A stretch of 64,000 bases of DNA from Octopus sinensis. Its lineage: Eukaryota. The stretch lies in NCBI RefSeq assembly GCF_006345805.1, contig NC_043001.1, positions 97,092,001 to 97,156,000 on the forward strand, read 5' to 3'. Position numbers and translations under genes: made by a program. A model generated the notes under the pieces. The model saw only the letters and a list, made by a program, of their open reading frames with translations. It was not told the origin of the DNA and did not search any database. This document shows, in pieces, positions 52,403 through 64,000 of this stretch (the stretch's first letter is position 1; each line of letters begins with the position of its first letter).

Positions 52403-54198
52403 GTTTGTGTGTGTCTGTTTATGTAGAGTGCTTACGCACGTGTACTAAGACACACATATTTCTCTCTTTCTAAATATCGTTTCTTTCCTTTGCTTCTTAT
52501 GATTTTTTCTAATGTTTTCTTTCTTTTTCAAACCAATTTTATGATTCCAACGTATCACACTGATTTGTGAGTGTTATTTCTTTTACTTAGTTTCTAAGAA
52601 TTATTCCAATTTTCTTTCATTCTTTGTTATTTCTCCATATTTTTGGCCCGAGGTCTTTCATATTTATATTTTATTATTTACTATTCAGCTTTTTTTTTTA
52701 CGATTCCGCTGGTTATTTTATTTGTTGAAATCTTCCCTTTCTGAATATTTTCTGTTATTTCAGACCGTTTCTTTTGTATGCCGTTTCATTTCCTTTTTTT
52801 CTTGCCTCACTTTCTACATTCTTTCTTGCTTCACTCCTTTATATTATTCTCCATCCCGTATTGGTTCACAATGCCTTTTTAAAATGATATTTAATGCAAC
52901 CTCACATGTCCAGCAAATCTTCTGTTTGCGGCACGAATTATCTCCATAAATGAAGCATATTTTAGTCAATTTCCACATATGAGCAAAGATAACACACAAA
53001 TACAAAAATATGCACACGAATATTAACGCGTAATCTTTACCAAGATTTTCTTGTATTGAAAAATCTCGGCAATATTTTTTCTGCGAATCTGTATTCATCA
53101 CGTGAAATCGGATGAGAAAATTGGGAAGATATTCGTAATACCAGCGGCTGCTCCATAAAAAATACGAATTTCTGAGCATAAACATGAAAAAAAAAACAAT
53201 ACCTTCCACTTCTGCCTCCCCCTCTTCCTCCTCCTACTTCTCCTTGGAGGATAATTGCTAATACCGTTATTACTACTAGTAGTAGTAGTAATAATGGTAT
53301 TAGCAATTATCCTTTCGACAATAGGCACAAGGCATTAAATGAAGTAGGTATCAGTACCCAACTGGTACTTATCTTATCGACCCCGAAAGGGTGAAAAGCA
53401 AAGTCGTCGTCGTAGGCGGAATTTGAACTGAACATAAAGACGGACCAAATGTCACTAAGCATTTCGCCCAGCGTGCTAACGATGCTGCCAACACGCCTCC
53501 TTAATGAAAACGATTAAGTGGCCTAGTGAGATCTCTGACAGCAAGCCGCAGTCCGCTCTCACAGAATCCCCCAGAACAAGACCGAGCATTGTGAGAAATA
53601 AAACAACAACAAGAACAACAACAACAACAACTACTACTACTACTATAGCCTGAATATAAAGGGGACAAGACAACACAAAACGTGGGGTACATAAAACGTA
53701 TAATGAAAATATGTGTGACAATAAAATCGAATGAAAAGAAATGAAATGGCTTCCATAGCCCCCACCCCACAAGCTCGCATTTCCATTTTACTATTCTAAT
53801 TATACATATTAATTATCAATCTCTTTTGTCTGTTACGTATTCCATGAGGTTCTTCAAATTCCATAACGTTGGGTAAACTATCATATTGGATACATAACCC
53901 GGTAGGTCTGATTCTGGTTCCAAATAATCCGATCAGTTTTTCTTTACTCTCATGCACCAATGATACTTATTTCTTTACTACCCACAAGGGGCTAAACACA
54001 GAGAGGGATAAAGAAAGGAGAGACAAACGGATCAAGCCGATTACATCGACTCCAGTGCGTAACTGGTACTTAATTTATCGACCCCAAAAGGCTGAAAGTC
54101 AAAGTCGACCACGGCGAAATTTGAACTCAGAACGTAACGGCAGACGAAATACGGCTACTCATTTCACCAGGCGTGCTAACGATTCTGCCAGCTCGCCA

Positions 54199-54691
54199 GT
54201 AATGCCACCCTTTCATCGGGTTCGAACATTTCATCAATCAGTTTAACTCTTATTAGATTTTTCATTTTTGCTAATCTCTTCTCTGTTTCTATATCCTTTT
54301 CGTATCTTAACATTGTTCTTATACTTCGTCCAGCAGTCTGCCCTGTTTGTGCTACATATTCTTCTCTCCTCAATTTCTTCTTCCACTCATCAAACTTCTC
54401 TCTCGCTCTTTGCTCTTCGGTTTTTTCCCTCCTACTTGTTGTTGGCTCTGGTTCCTGAGTTCGAATCCCCTTACTGTCTTTTTGCATTGTAACTTGTTTC
54501 TTTCTCTCCGCGTTTCTTTTCTTAGGACTCGTTGGCGGAAACTCTACTCTCGTCCTTTTCCTGTCTGCCGCAACTTCCTCATCCTTTTCCTTCTCTGCTT
54601 CTATCACCACTGCTTCTACTACCTCCATCTGCCATTGTTTCTGGGGACACCTTGCTTTCATGTGTCCCCTACCTCTGCAGTTACAGCAAAT
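54199..54691 (-). pseudogene. Gag/ORF1-like remnant with a CCHC zinc knuckle and charged helical tail
   Basis: Extending ORF 54176..54661 upstream gives ICCNCRGRGHMKARCP (C-x2-C-x4-H-x4-C at 54647-54688), followed by about 150 codons of E/K/R-rich sequence. A SINE interrupts the 3' end. Confidence 0.7.
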
Positions 54692-54784
54692 TCACACAAC
54701 TATTACTAGCAGTGTTAAGGGCTCCATGTATAAATATGGGGCAGAAAAAATGGAATACCACATAAAATGAGGTTTACGTATAAC

Positions 54785-55097
54785 GGTAAACCTCTCCCTT
54801 TTCAAGGCTAGCCAGGCTCATGGGCCCGGTTTCCCGGTTTCTGTGTCGTATGTGTTCTCCCCAGCTGGACGGGACGCCAGTCCATCGCAGCGTTACTCAA
54901 CAAACAGGAAGAGAGAGTGAGAGAAAGTTGTGGCGAAAGAGTACAACAGGGGTTACTACCACCCCCTACCGAAGCCTCGTGTAGCTTTTAGGTGTTTTTC
55001 GCTCAATAAACACACTCAACGCCCGGTCTAGGAATCAAAACCGCGATCCTCCGACCGCGTGTCCGCTGCCCTAACCACTGGGCCATTGCGCCTCCAT
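54785..55097 (-). mobile_element. SINE family C, full length, with 15-bp target-site duplication
   Basis: Head TGGCCCAGTGGTTAGGGCAGCGGAC...GGTTTTGATTCC; tail includes TGCGATGGACTGGCGTCCCGTCCAG; TSD AGGTTTACGTATAAC at 54770-54784 and 55098-55112. Confidence 0.92.
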
Positions 55098-57111
55098 AGG
55101 TTTACGTATAACAGAACGGTAACTATTAAAAGAAAATAAAATCAAACAAAAATTGCCACACAGAATCGGTAGCTGCCACGCACCAATCAAAGGAATTCAA
55201 CACGACATCAGTAACCTGGCAACTGAGGCATGCGTCTTTTCTTAATTGACTTGTTATGATCCCCAGCCGTTTCGGTACAGTGGGCATGTCTTTCATGCCA
55301 TCTTGGTCAGTTTTATTACATCTAAAAAATCTTTATGGAAACATTAGAACATTCGCTGCTCCCAGCCTTTGGAAATCTTCTATTCTCAGTACTTACAGTC
55401 TCATCGACGGCCATGAAACGTCTTTCGTCACAAGCTTTATGCAGAAGAACTGCAACTTGCCGATATTTAAGATTTGCTCGATAACCGAATCCACCCTATT
55501 TGTGACGACACTCCCCCAGTCATAATATACGTAAATTAATAACATTGATATGTAGAATGAATGCATGCAGAGCAGGTTTATTAACCTACATTCGTCTGAT
55601 AAATGCCTCAGCGGCAAAATTCTGTAATTGCAGATTATGTCTCAAATAGGGAAAGTCAAGGTGCTAATTTTTTTAAAATTATCTAAGCCAAGTATGATTT
55701 CTGGTTTGTAGATTTTCTAGATAATGAAAACCATCTCGTTTCATTAAGTATCCTATTTCTTCCGCGTAAATACTCGTAATTATCCCCGCTATTCTTATGC
55801 GGAATGCCACCGTAGAAGTTGTCTTCCACAGGTCTCATTACCCAACTAATAGATGGTGATGCGCGGCTGACATCATTCCATTTGCTAGTAACCTATTCTA
55901 AATCTTCGCTTGGTCAAGACTACAACTCTGTTAATGGGACGAATGAAAGCAAATTAAACATGAGGAAGGACTCAAACAGCTCCTTGCCGTTTAAGAATCT
56001 TTGTTAATATTGCAGCTTCAGTGCATTTTTTGTTCATCATATTGTGCGTGCTGAGAGCAGATTGACAACATGGCCAATGAAACGCCTTTATATAAAACAG
56101 GTGATTCATACTACTAGGCAATATTGCCAGACATAAACTAGTGCAGGGGCCCGATTGTCAAGCGGTTGTATATGATAAGAGCAGTAAGTGTTTTACCGTT
56201 AAAGCTCGAGCCTCTAATTACTTTGTTGGGGAGATAGGCTACCCCATCCACAACCTCATAGCGGGACCTATATATTTAGTTGTCCGGATTGAGTTAAACA
56301 CGAAGAAAAGTAACCCATCTCTTTGTCTAGTAATATCTCATATAGCTTAATGCATTTATATGCATCTTCCCTGTATGCTGTAGTGCGACACATCTGACAT
56401 GCCTGTGTATATTATTGCTAGACCTCTTGTTCTTTTAACGTTATGGACACTTTACATATATACTACCCTACCTGTATACTAACATCTGAAGCCCTAGTTA
56501 CGAACCGATACCTCTCTTCTCTTCCATATTCTGCAGTTTGATCTCCATAGTACATACGGGAGCTATGGAATGGGTTATGGAAGAGGCAGAGACAATGGAT
56601 CGAATGCGGGACACGAAACGTCTCTCACCGCCGAGTAAGTAACTCTGTAGTTAAATTGATTAAGATTAAACATAAAGAAACAAAGGTCAGTGCTTTGATA
56701 ACCATCACCAAATAATGATGGCTAAATCTATAAAAAACGTTCAATAGACGGGGATTTACAAGAGCTTCAATAAACTTTCTGAATAGGGTATTATGCATGA
56801 AATAGTTGATGTCCTAGCCAGACTTGCTCCGGACTGCGCATTTACCAAAACACCAACAACGTCCCGCTGCTGTGCTATTACTAGAGACTCCACGTCTGTA
56901 TTCAAAAGAGTTATGTACAGGAGACTATGAATAATGTTACCCTTCTTTGCATGTTTTTGCAGTGATGCTACGACTGCCCGGATCATAGAACAGAAAACCC
57001 TCGGTGAGGAAGTGCTTAACGAAAAGCGTCAACACCGGCTGAGAAGTGTTGGATTGCAAACCAATATATATATATATATTATATATATATATATATATTA
57101 TATATATATAT

Positions 57112-57157
<46 letters not shown>

Positions 57158-57239
57158 TGTGTGTGTGTGTGTGTGCGTGCGCGTGTGTTAGTCTATGTGA
57201 GTGTGTGTGTATTCATGAACATATGTCTGTGTGTGCGTA

Positions 57240-57730
<491 letters not shown>

Positions 57731-58994
57731 TTTGAAACAGCGATGGCGCTTTCCTATACGGTAATGATTCCAAACTTATATAATGCCCACATAAATCAGA
57801 CGTTATATGTAGGTATCAAAATATTCCCAAATGACTAATGCCCCTAATATTAAGCATCCAGATTCATAGTGTATAGAAACTGATTCATGAAGTTGTCGAC
57901 GAAGCAATGATTCCGGTTTTATTCAATCTATTTGTGTAAAAATTCGCGAAGAATATATCAAAATACAAATATCTGGAGATAGACAATGCTAGAAAGTGCA
58001 GATTGAAGTGGTTCCTTTAAAAACAAGTATCTTAGGAATATTAAGTCAGTGTACTGGTGAATGTGTAAATAATTTCTTAGTATTTTACGAACAGAGAATG
58101 CACTTATATTATACACTGTATTTTTTAAAAAATAGAAACAAGAAACAAATACTGAATATATATAGAAAGCATATGGCTTTGATAAGTTATAGATTGAAAG
58201 CACGCAAAAAGCAAGACGCCTAAAAAATAATATTAATTTATAATGATATTGATATTAATCGGTACAAGAGCACACGTTTTGAAGGCTGGATACAATCAAT
58301 CATATCTACAAAAATATTTCTGACATACTTTATTGACGCCGAAATGATGAAAAGCAAAGCTAATTATAACGGAATTAGAAAATAGCATGCGACAAAATAA
58401 CACAAATTTTGTTAACACTTTTGATACCTAACCGCCTGATATTGCCTTAGGTTCTGTCGTAAAATTTCTTGTTTTAAAATGATCTAGATTAAAAACATAT
58501 GGTTAAATATCTTTATTTATGTTTTAAACACCAGCTGGATAATGGCAGTTAATTTTCAAACGTAATTGATACAAAGACAGCATATGCCAATTGATATATG
58601 ATAACCAGTGGGCAAAAGCGAAGGCCACAATGTGTATCCATCAAATATAGCCTCTTTGTCGCGTTGAATATTTAGTGTTAGCACCATACTCATTTTTTTA
58701 TACCATAAGCAATGGATAAATATTGAAGCCAAAAATCAATCTTTTTGCAACTATATATTTTTCCAAATTTTGGCACAATGATGTCGACTTTGTCAAATGG
58801 GAGTAGTCAAAATCACCGACCCCACTACTTGCTTAGTACTATATTTTATCGAACCCCAAAAGAAATAACACAAAAAAATTGGTCGTCTGGCTTAAAAGTT
58901 TGTCTCCTTTCACCGCCGTCATTAGGTCATATGTTAACACAGCATCTATACAATTATACACAAAGAAAACTGTAAAAGCAAATTTACATATATA

Positions 58995-59392
58995 GGCGTA
59001 GGAGTGGCTGTGTGTTAAGCAGCTTGCTTACCAACCACATGGTTCCGGGTGCAGTCCCACTGCGTGGCACCTTCGGGAGGTGTCTTCTACTAGAGCCTCG
59101 GGTCGACCAAAACCTTGTGAGTGGATTTGGTAGACAGAAGCTGAAAGAAGCCCGTCGTATATATGTATATTTATATGTATGTGTGTATATGATGGTGTTT
59201 CTGGTTGTCTTCCCAACATCGTTTGGCATCCAATGCTGGTGTGTTTAAGTCCCCGTAACTTAGCGGTTCGGCAAAAGAGACCGATAGAATAATTACTAGG
59301 CTTACAAAAAATAAATCCCGAGGTCGATTTGCTCGACTAAAGGCAGTGCTCCAGCATGGCCTCACTCAAATGACTGAAACAAGTAAAAGAGA
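58995..59392 (+). mobile_element. tRNA-derived SINE family A, full length
   Basis: GGCGTAGGAGTGGCTGTGTG..AAG...GGTTCCGGGTGCAGTCCC head (A/B boxes), CCTTGTGAGTGGATTTGGTAGAC body, internal (TA)n, tail ...CCAGCATGGCC...GACTGAAACAAGTAAAAGA. Confidence 0.9.
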
Positions 59393-59943
59393 GATATCTT
59401 TCATTTACATGGAAGATGAATTACAAACCACCAAAATATCGCCCTCTATGAGAACAAGTGTTCATGCTAGAGAAACAATTGCACGATTAAAAAGTCCATG
59501 ATATAAGCATAATATTTTGGTGTTGCCATAACTTTAGACATCAATATCTCAGTGCAAATTTACAATAACTTACTACTGAATTTGGCAATAACGGAACTAA
59601 ATTATTTTCTGTGCGTGTTCGGTAATCTCCTTCTTTACACCTTAACAAAAACAATGAGAAAGTCATTCATATAAAACATTCCAAGTCAGCTGTAGTTATC
59701 AAATGGTTCCAAAGCATCGTGATTCAGATTGATAATTAAATTTATCCATCTTCATTTGAAATATTTACTGTCTCTTAATTTGAGTCAATCAATTTATATA
59801 AATATCTAAAGTGTCTACAAACCATGTTCTAATTTAGTTATATCTGAATAAACGTCCATCGTAGCTTGCAGACGTTTACAGGCGTAAACAACTAGGTAAA
59901 TTAGTGCTTCAGACTAGTATGCTAAGGCAAAACTTCAACCTTC

Positions 59944-59988
<45 letters not shown>

Positions 59989-60479
59989 GAATTGAAAGTT
60001 GAAATGTTGAATTCATTATTTACGACTTTCACCTTGCCTAGAACTTATATGCTTAACCAGTCTATAACGCCATCTGAAATGCATAGCTGATGACTGAATC
60101 TTTGTATAAATTCATAGAAAGCTATTCGTCATGAAAATGCTGTTGTTTTAGCAGAAATGAAATTTATATAGAAGTCAAATAAGTGTTACCTACAGAAAAG
60201 CGATAAAAGAAGTTATTATTTGACTTACGTAATCCCGTTTACCTTATATGCATTGTGTATGTTTTCTCTTGCAAGTGGTGTGTCGTAGGTGAAAATTCTA
60301 GCGAATTGTACACCTTTTTAATTCATACACTGTTTCTTATGAAATTATTTTCCGCATAAATAACGGTAACTTGCACAGACGATGCATATGCCGTTTGGTA
60401 AAGTCCTATACTTAAAGCAAAAATTTCCATTATACATTCTCTGCAGGAAAATTATGGTAAAGTTAAGTTATCATAAGTT

Positions 60480-61030
60480 ATTTCGTTCGTTTTTACGTTC
60501 TGAGTCCAAATTCTGCCATGGTAGACTTTTCATTTCATCCACACTGCGTCGATAAAAATGTATTAGTTGAGCGGCGGGTTCGATGCGATCCATATAGCCC
60601 AGTCCTCCGACTTGATGACCTTGTGCCAAAACATGAAATCAATACTTCTACTTAACAGCCGTTCCTACGTTCTGAGTTCAAATTCGACCGAGGTCAAATT
60701 TGCTTTTTATACATTTTGGGATCGATAAAATAAGTACCAGCTGTGTACTAGGATAAATTTAATCGACTTACTTTCTTATAATAAGTTGCTGGCCTTGTGC
60801 AAAAACTTGAAATCAATATTTATTCCACGTTTAAGAGGGTGAGCTAGATGAATCATTACGACTCCGGACAAAATGTATAGCGGCATTTTTTCCTGATCTG
60901 AAATGCCGAGTCGACATTGCCTTTCATCCATTCGGTGTCGATACATTAAGTACCAGTTGTGTGCTGAGGTTGATGTAATCGAACTGCCACGCCACTGGAA
61001 ATTACTGGAATCGTACCAAACTTTGAAGCC
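60480..61030 (+). mobile_element. Three degenerate family B SINE fragments in tandem
   Basis: TTCTGAGT.CAAATT...TTTCATCC...CGATAAAAT..GTACCAG..G motifs recur at about 60500, 60670 and 60900. Confidence 0.7.
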
Positions 61031-61445
61031 AAAATATCTTCAAGTCTAATGCCTTACTAAAAGAAGATTTACAATAGATGGCTAGAATATCAAAAGATAG
61101 AGTTATGAGATCCGTGAGAAATATATATTTTATGTCACTAAACTTGTTGAGGACATACTATCATTGCATGGCCTGATTCTTGATGCTTTTCTAATTTTCA
61201 TATCTTCCAAGATGGATAATTCTTGGGTGCTAAATCTGAAATTCGCCTGAGTGGTATGTGTGCATTTGATGATCTGAAACTAATGGAGTTCTAAGATCCC
61301 TCAATAGGGTATATGCATGTCACTATGCAAGGTATCTCCTGGTATCATTTATCTGCAAATTACTTCTGTGCGAAAGTTTGCAGTGTGTTGCATAGATGTA
61401 TTTGTTTTTCTTATATCTGTTGGTTATGCTGTTCATATATAATGC

Positions 61446-61479
<34 letters not shown>

Positions 61480-61557
61480 ATCTATGTCTCTGTGTGTATG
61501 TGTGTGTGTTTGATTGTGTATGCTTGTGTATATACATTTAAATATATATATACATAC

Positions 61558-61624
<67 letters not shown>

Positions 61625-62405
61625 TGTCAAACAATAAATAGAAATATACAATAAACAATCTAAATATTTATTTATGTTAAAAATATGACATAATATAACA
61701 TTAAAATATCATTTATTTTGACTTATATAGATAATTTGTTTTATAAACAATTCGGTTCACTTATATAAGTCTCATCAGAGCTATGGTTTAAAGATAGACA
61801 AAATGCCGTGCGAACGGATGGTTGGATTGTAAAAACCGATAATTCAAATGTCTATGTATTATGAGTGAGAGAGTTTAAAGTAACTAACAAAAAGTAACTA
61901 GTAAAAAAAATATTTATTTATTTAGTTTATCGGCGTGAGAATTCCGTTATAGATATGAAGATAAACTACAATAACTACAACCTATATTACCCCATAGATA
62001 TAGAGTTAGGCTCTAATAATGCATATCAAAATATTACAAGTTTCTTTAGAAGTAACCAGATTTGAAGTTACTGAAATACGGATTATTCACAGTAACTGAC
62101 AAGTAAATGTCCCTATATTCGTATACTATGGAAGTGAGAATTCAGTAAATAATGTTAAGTAATATAAGCAAAATAACGATAGATAACAGATCCTCGATAA
62201 ATATAATTAATATTATTTTTTAGATACAAGACTATAAATAGTATATATCCAAATTTTATTAATTGTTTCAGAAGTAACAAAATGATATTGTTGTAATAAG
62301 AATACAAGTTATAAACTATACAATACTATAATAATAATTATTGTGGTTATCAAATTGAGTTAGTAAGTCAAATAACACTATGCATTTATTATCATTATTA
62401 TTATT

Positions 62406-62447
<42 letters not shown>

Positions 62448-62744
62448 ATTGTTGGTATTGTTGCTTTTGTCACGGTTGCTGTTGGTTTTGTTGTTGTTGA
62501 TATTATTGTCATTATCATTATAAATTAATTAATAAATTAAATGAATGTATTTGTATATATAATTATTTCGTATACATCTAACTTGTAATAAGTAATTTAT
62601 ATTAAATTATTAATTTAATGATGCATTTTACAGTTACTACAATAATTTGCACTAGAAAGAGTCAAAATTCTGAATTAATTCATAAAAATTTTCATTTTCC
62701 ATATTCAACATTATTATATAGTTTAAGATGATAAAACTTCAAAT

Positions 62745-62775
<31 letters not shown>

Positions 62776-62829
62776 GTAAGCACGTACGCACACACATACA
62801 CACACAGGCATGCACACAAAAACATATAA

Positions 62830-62863
<34 letters not shown>

Positions 62864-63002
62864 TTACATATTCATCCATATATATGTATACATATATACA
62901 AATGATTATATATATTATATATACATACACACGCACATATACTTATACACAGATTTCTACATCCATATACTTATACACAGATATATATGTACACACATAT
63001 AG

Positions 63003-63033
<31 letters not shown>

Positions 63034-63056
63034 ATAGATATATATATATATATATT

Positions 63057-63089
<33 letters not shown>

Positions 63090-64000
63090 TATTAGCCTAT
63101 CTTTATATCAATAATTTAAATAGAGAATAATTGTTATATGTTACCAATATGATATTACATAATCATTTATATTTATCTACACGTTTCATTACAGTATTTT
63201 GATTCAGTAAGAACCTAATACTTAACTTATATACCTATATATTGTTGTTGTATGCTATTATAAAAGCCAAAGATTGCCTTCAACCTAAAGGAGTTTGTAT
63301 TAACATTATTTTAGATATATAGAAATATATTTCGATAGTTGTAGTTTCCCTTTCTTAATTATTGTGTCCGTCATAATTTTGGTGCTTTTTAATTGTAATT
63401 TCTATGTAGTGGACACGTTAACACTCACTCTCATAATACATACGTATTTGAACATCTTTTTACAAACCAGCCCTCTTTCCCATGGAATTTCGTGTACCTG
63501 TAATTCATATCTTGGATGAGTCATATATAAGTTAAGTGACTTGTTCATCAATCAAATAATGTATATAAGTCGATATAAATTGTTGTCTCTTTTGGTTTTT
63601 TAATGATTTTTATGTTATATTATATTATACTTGCGAAGCCCCACCCCGTCCATTAGACGGTTTGTATAGCTGAAGAGCATAACTTGGACGGTGTTAAATT
63701 GTGGAGATGCTTGGTGATTGTATGGGTTGTTAATTTTGGTTAGGGCATTAAAGATTCCTGAGACGTTAAAACTGTTGAGTGTTACTTGTAAATATGGTAA
63801 ATTGATTGATTGTGAATCTTAACAGAGTGAACCATTTCAAAATTGTCATGAAGTCAATAAAATGAAGGAAAGCTGTTCATCAGCCCACAATATATACAAC
63901 TCTAGTGGAATCGGACATAATTAACCCTAAACATTTTGCACTCACTTTCACATTAGGATAAACACAATGTACTCGTCCATAGTACATACCTCATGTTGAC

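Noticed and set aside
55290-55600. Possible RTE remnant (GSVVTN...) and similar faint LINE-like traces at 42400-42750 and 52850-52960
   Set aside because: Too degenerate to assign from sequence alone.
56963-57003. 41-nt plus-strand micro-exon (TTTTGCAG|...|GTGAGG)
   Set aside because: Splice-like signals occur by chance at this frequency; no partner exons or recognisable peptide.

Overview
AT-rich, microsatellite-saturated metazoan DNA. The SINE families and (TA)n density point to a coleoid cephalopod, most likely Octopus; this is recognition from memory, not a database hit. The only host-gene sequence I can support is the terminal coding exon of a Pax2/5/8-like gene on the minus strand (about 15693-16258). 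No paired-box or octapeptide exon was found, so most of 16.3-64 kb is probably one long intron. The rest is mobile DNA. The most informative feature is a near-intact 4.1-kb Penelope-like element (PLE, 23132-27244). It has an RT plus C-terminal GIY-YIG ORF broken by only three 1-nt frameshifts, two unusually long low-complexity linkers, 523-bp inverted pseudo-LTRs that each carry a complete minimal type-I hammerhead ribozyme, and an exact 115-bp internal fragment captured at the inversion junction. The window also holds a decayed Naiad-like PLE RT, a PLE GIY-YIG stump, several solo pseudo-LTR fragments with variant hammerhead cores (mostly minus strand), five fold-back palindromes beside (TA)n tracts (including a 236-bp spacerless one), RTE and RLE LINE remnants, mariner remnants, a MITE, a gag-like CCHC ORF remnant and more than 20 tRNA-derived SINEs. 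All coordinates and alignments were read by eye.
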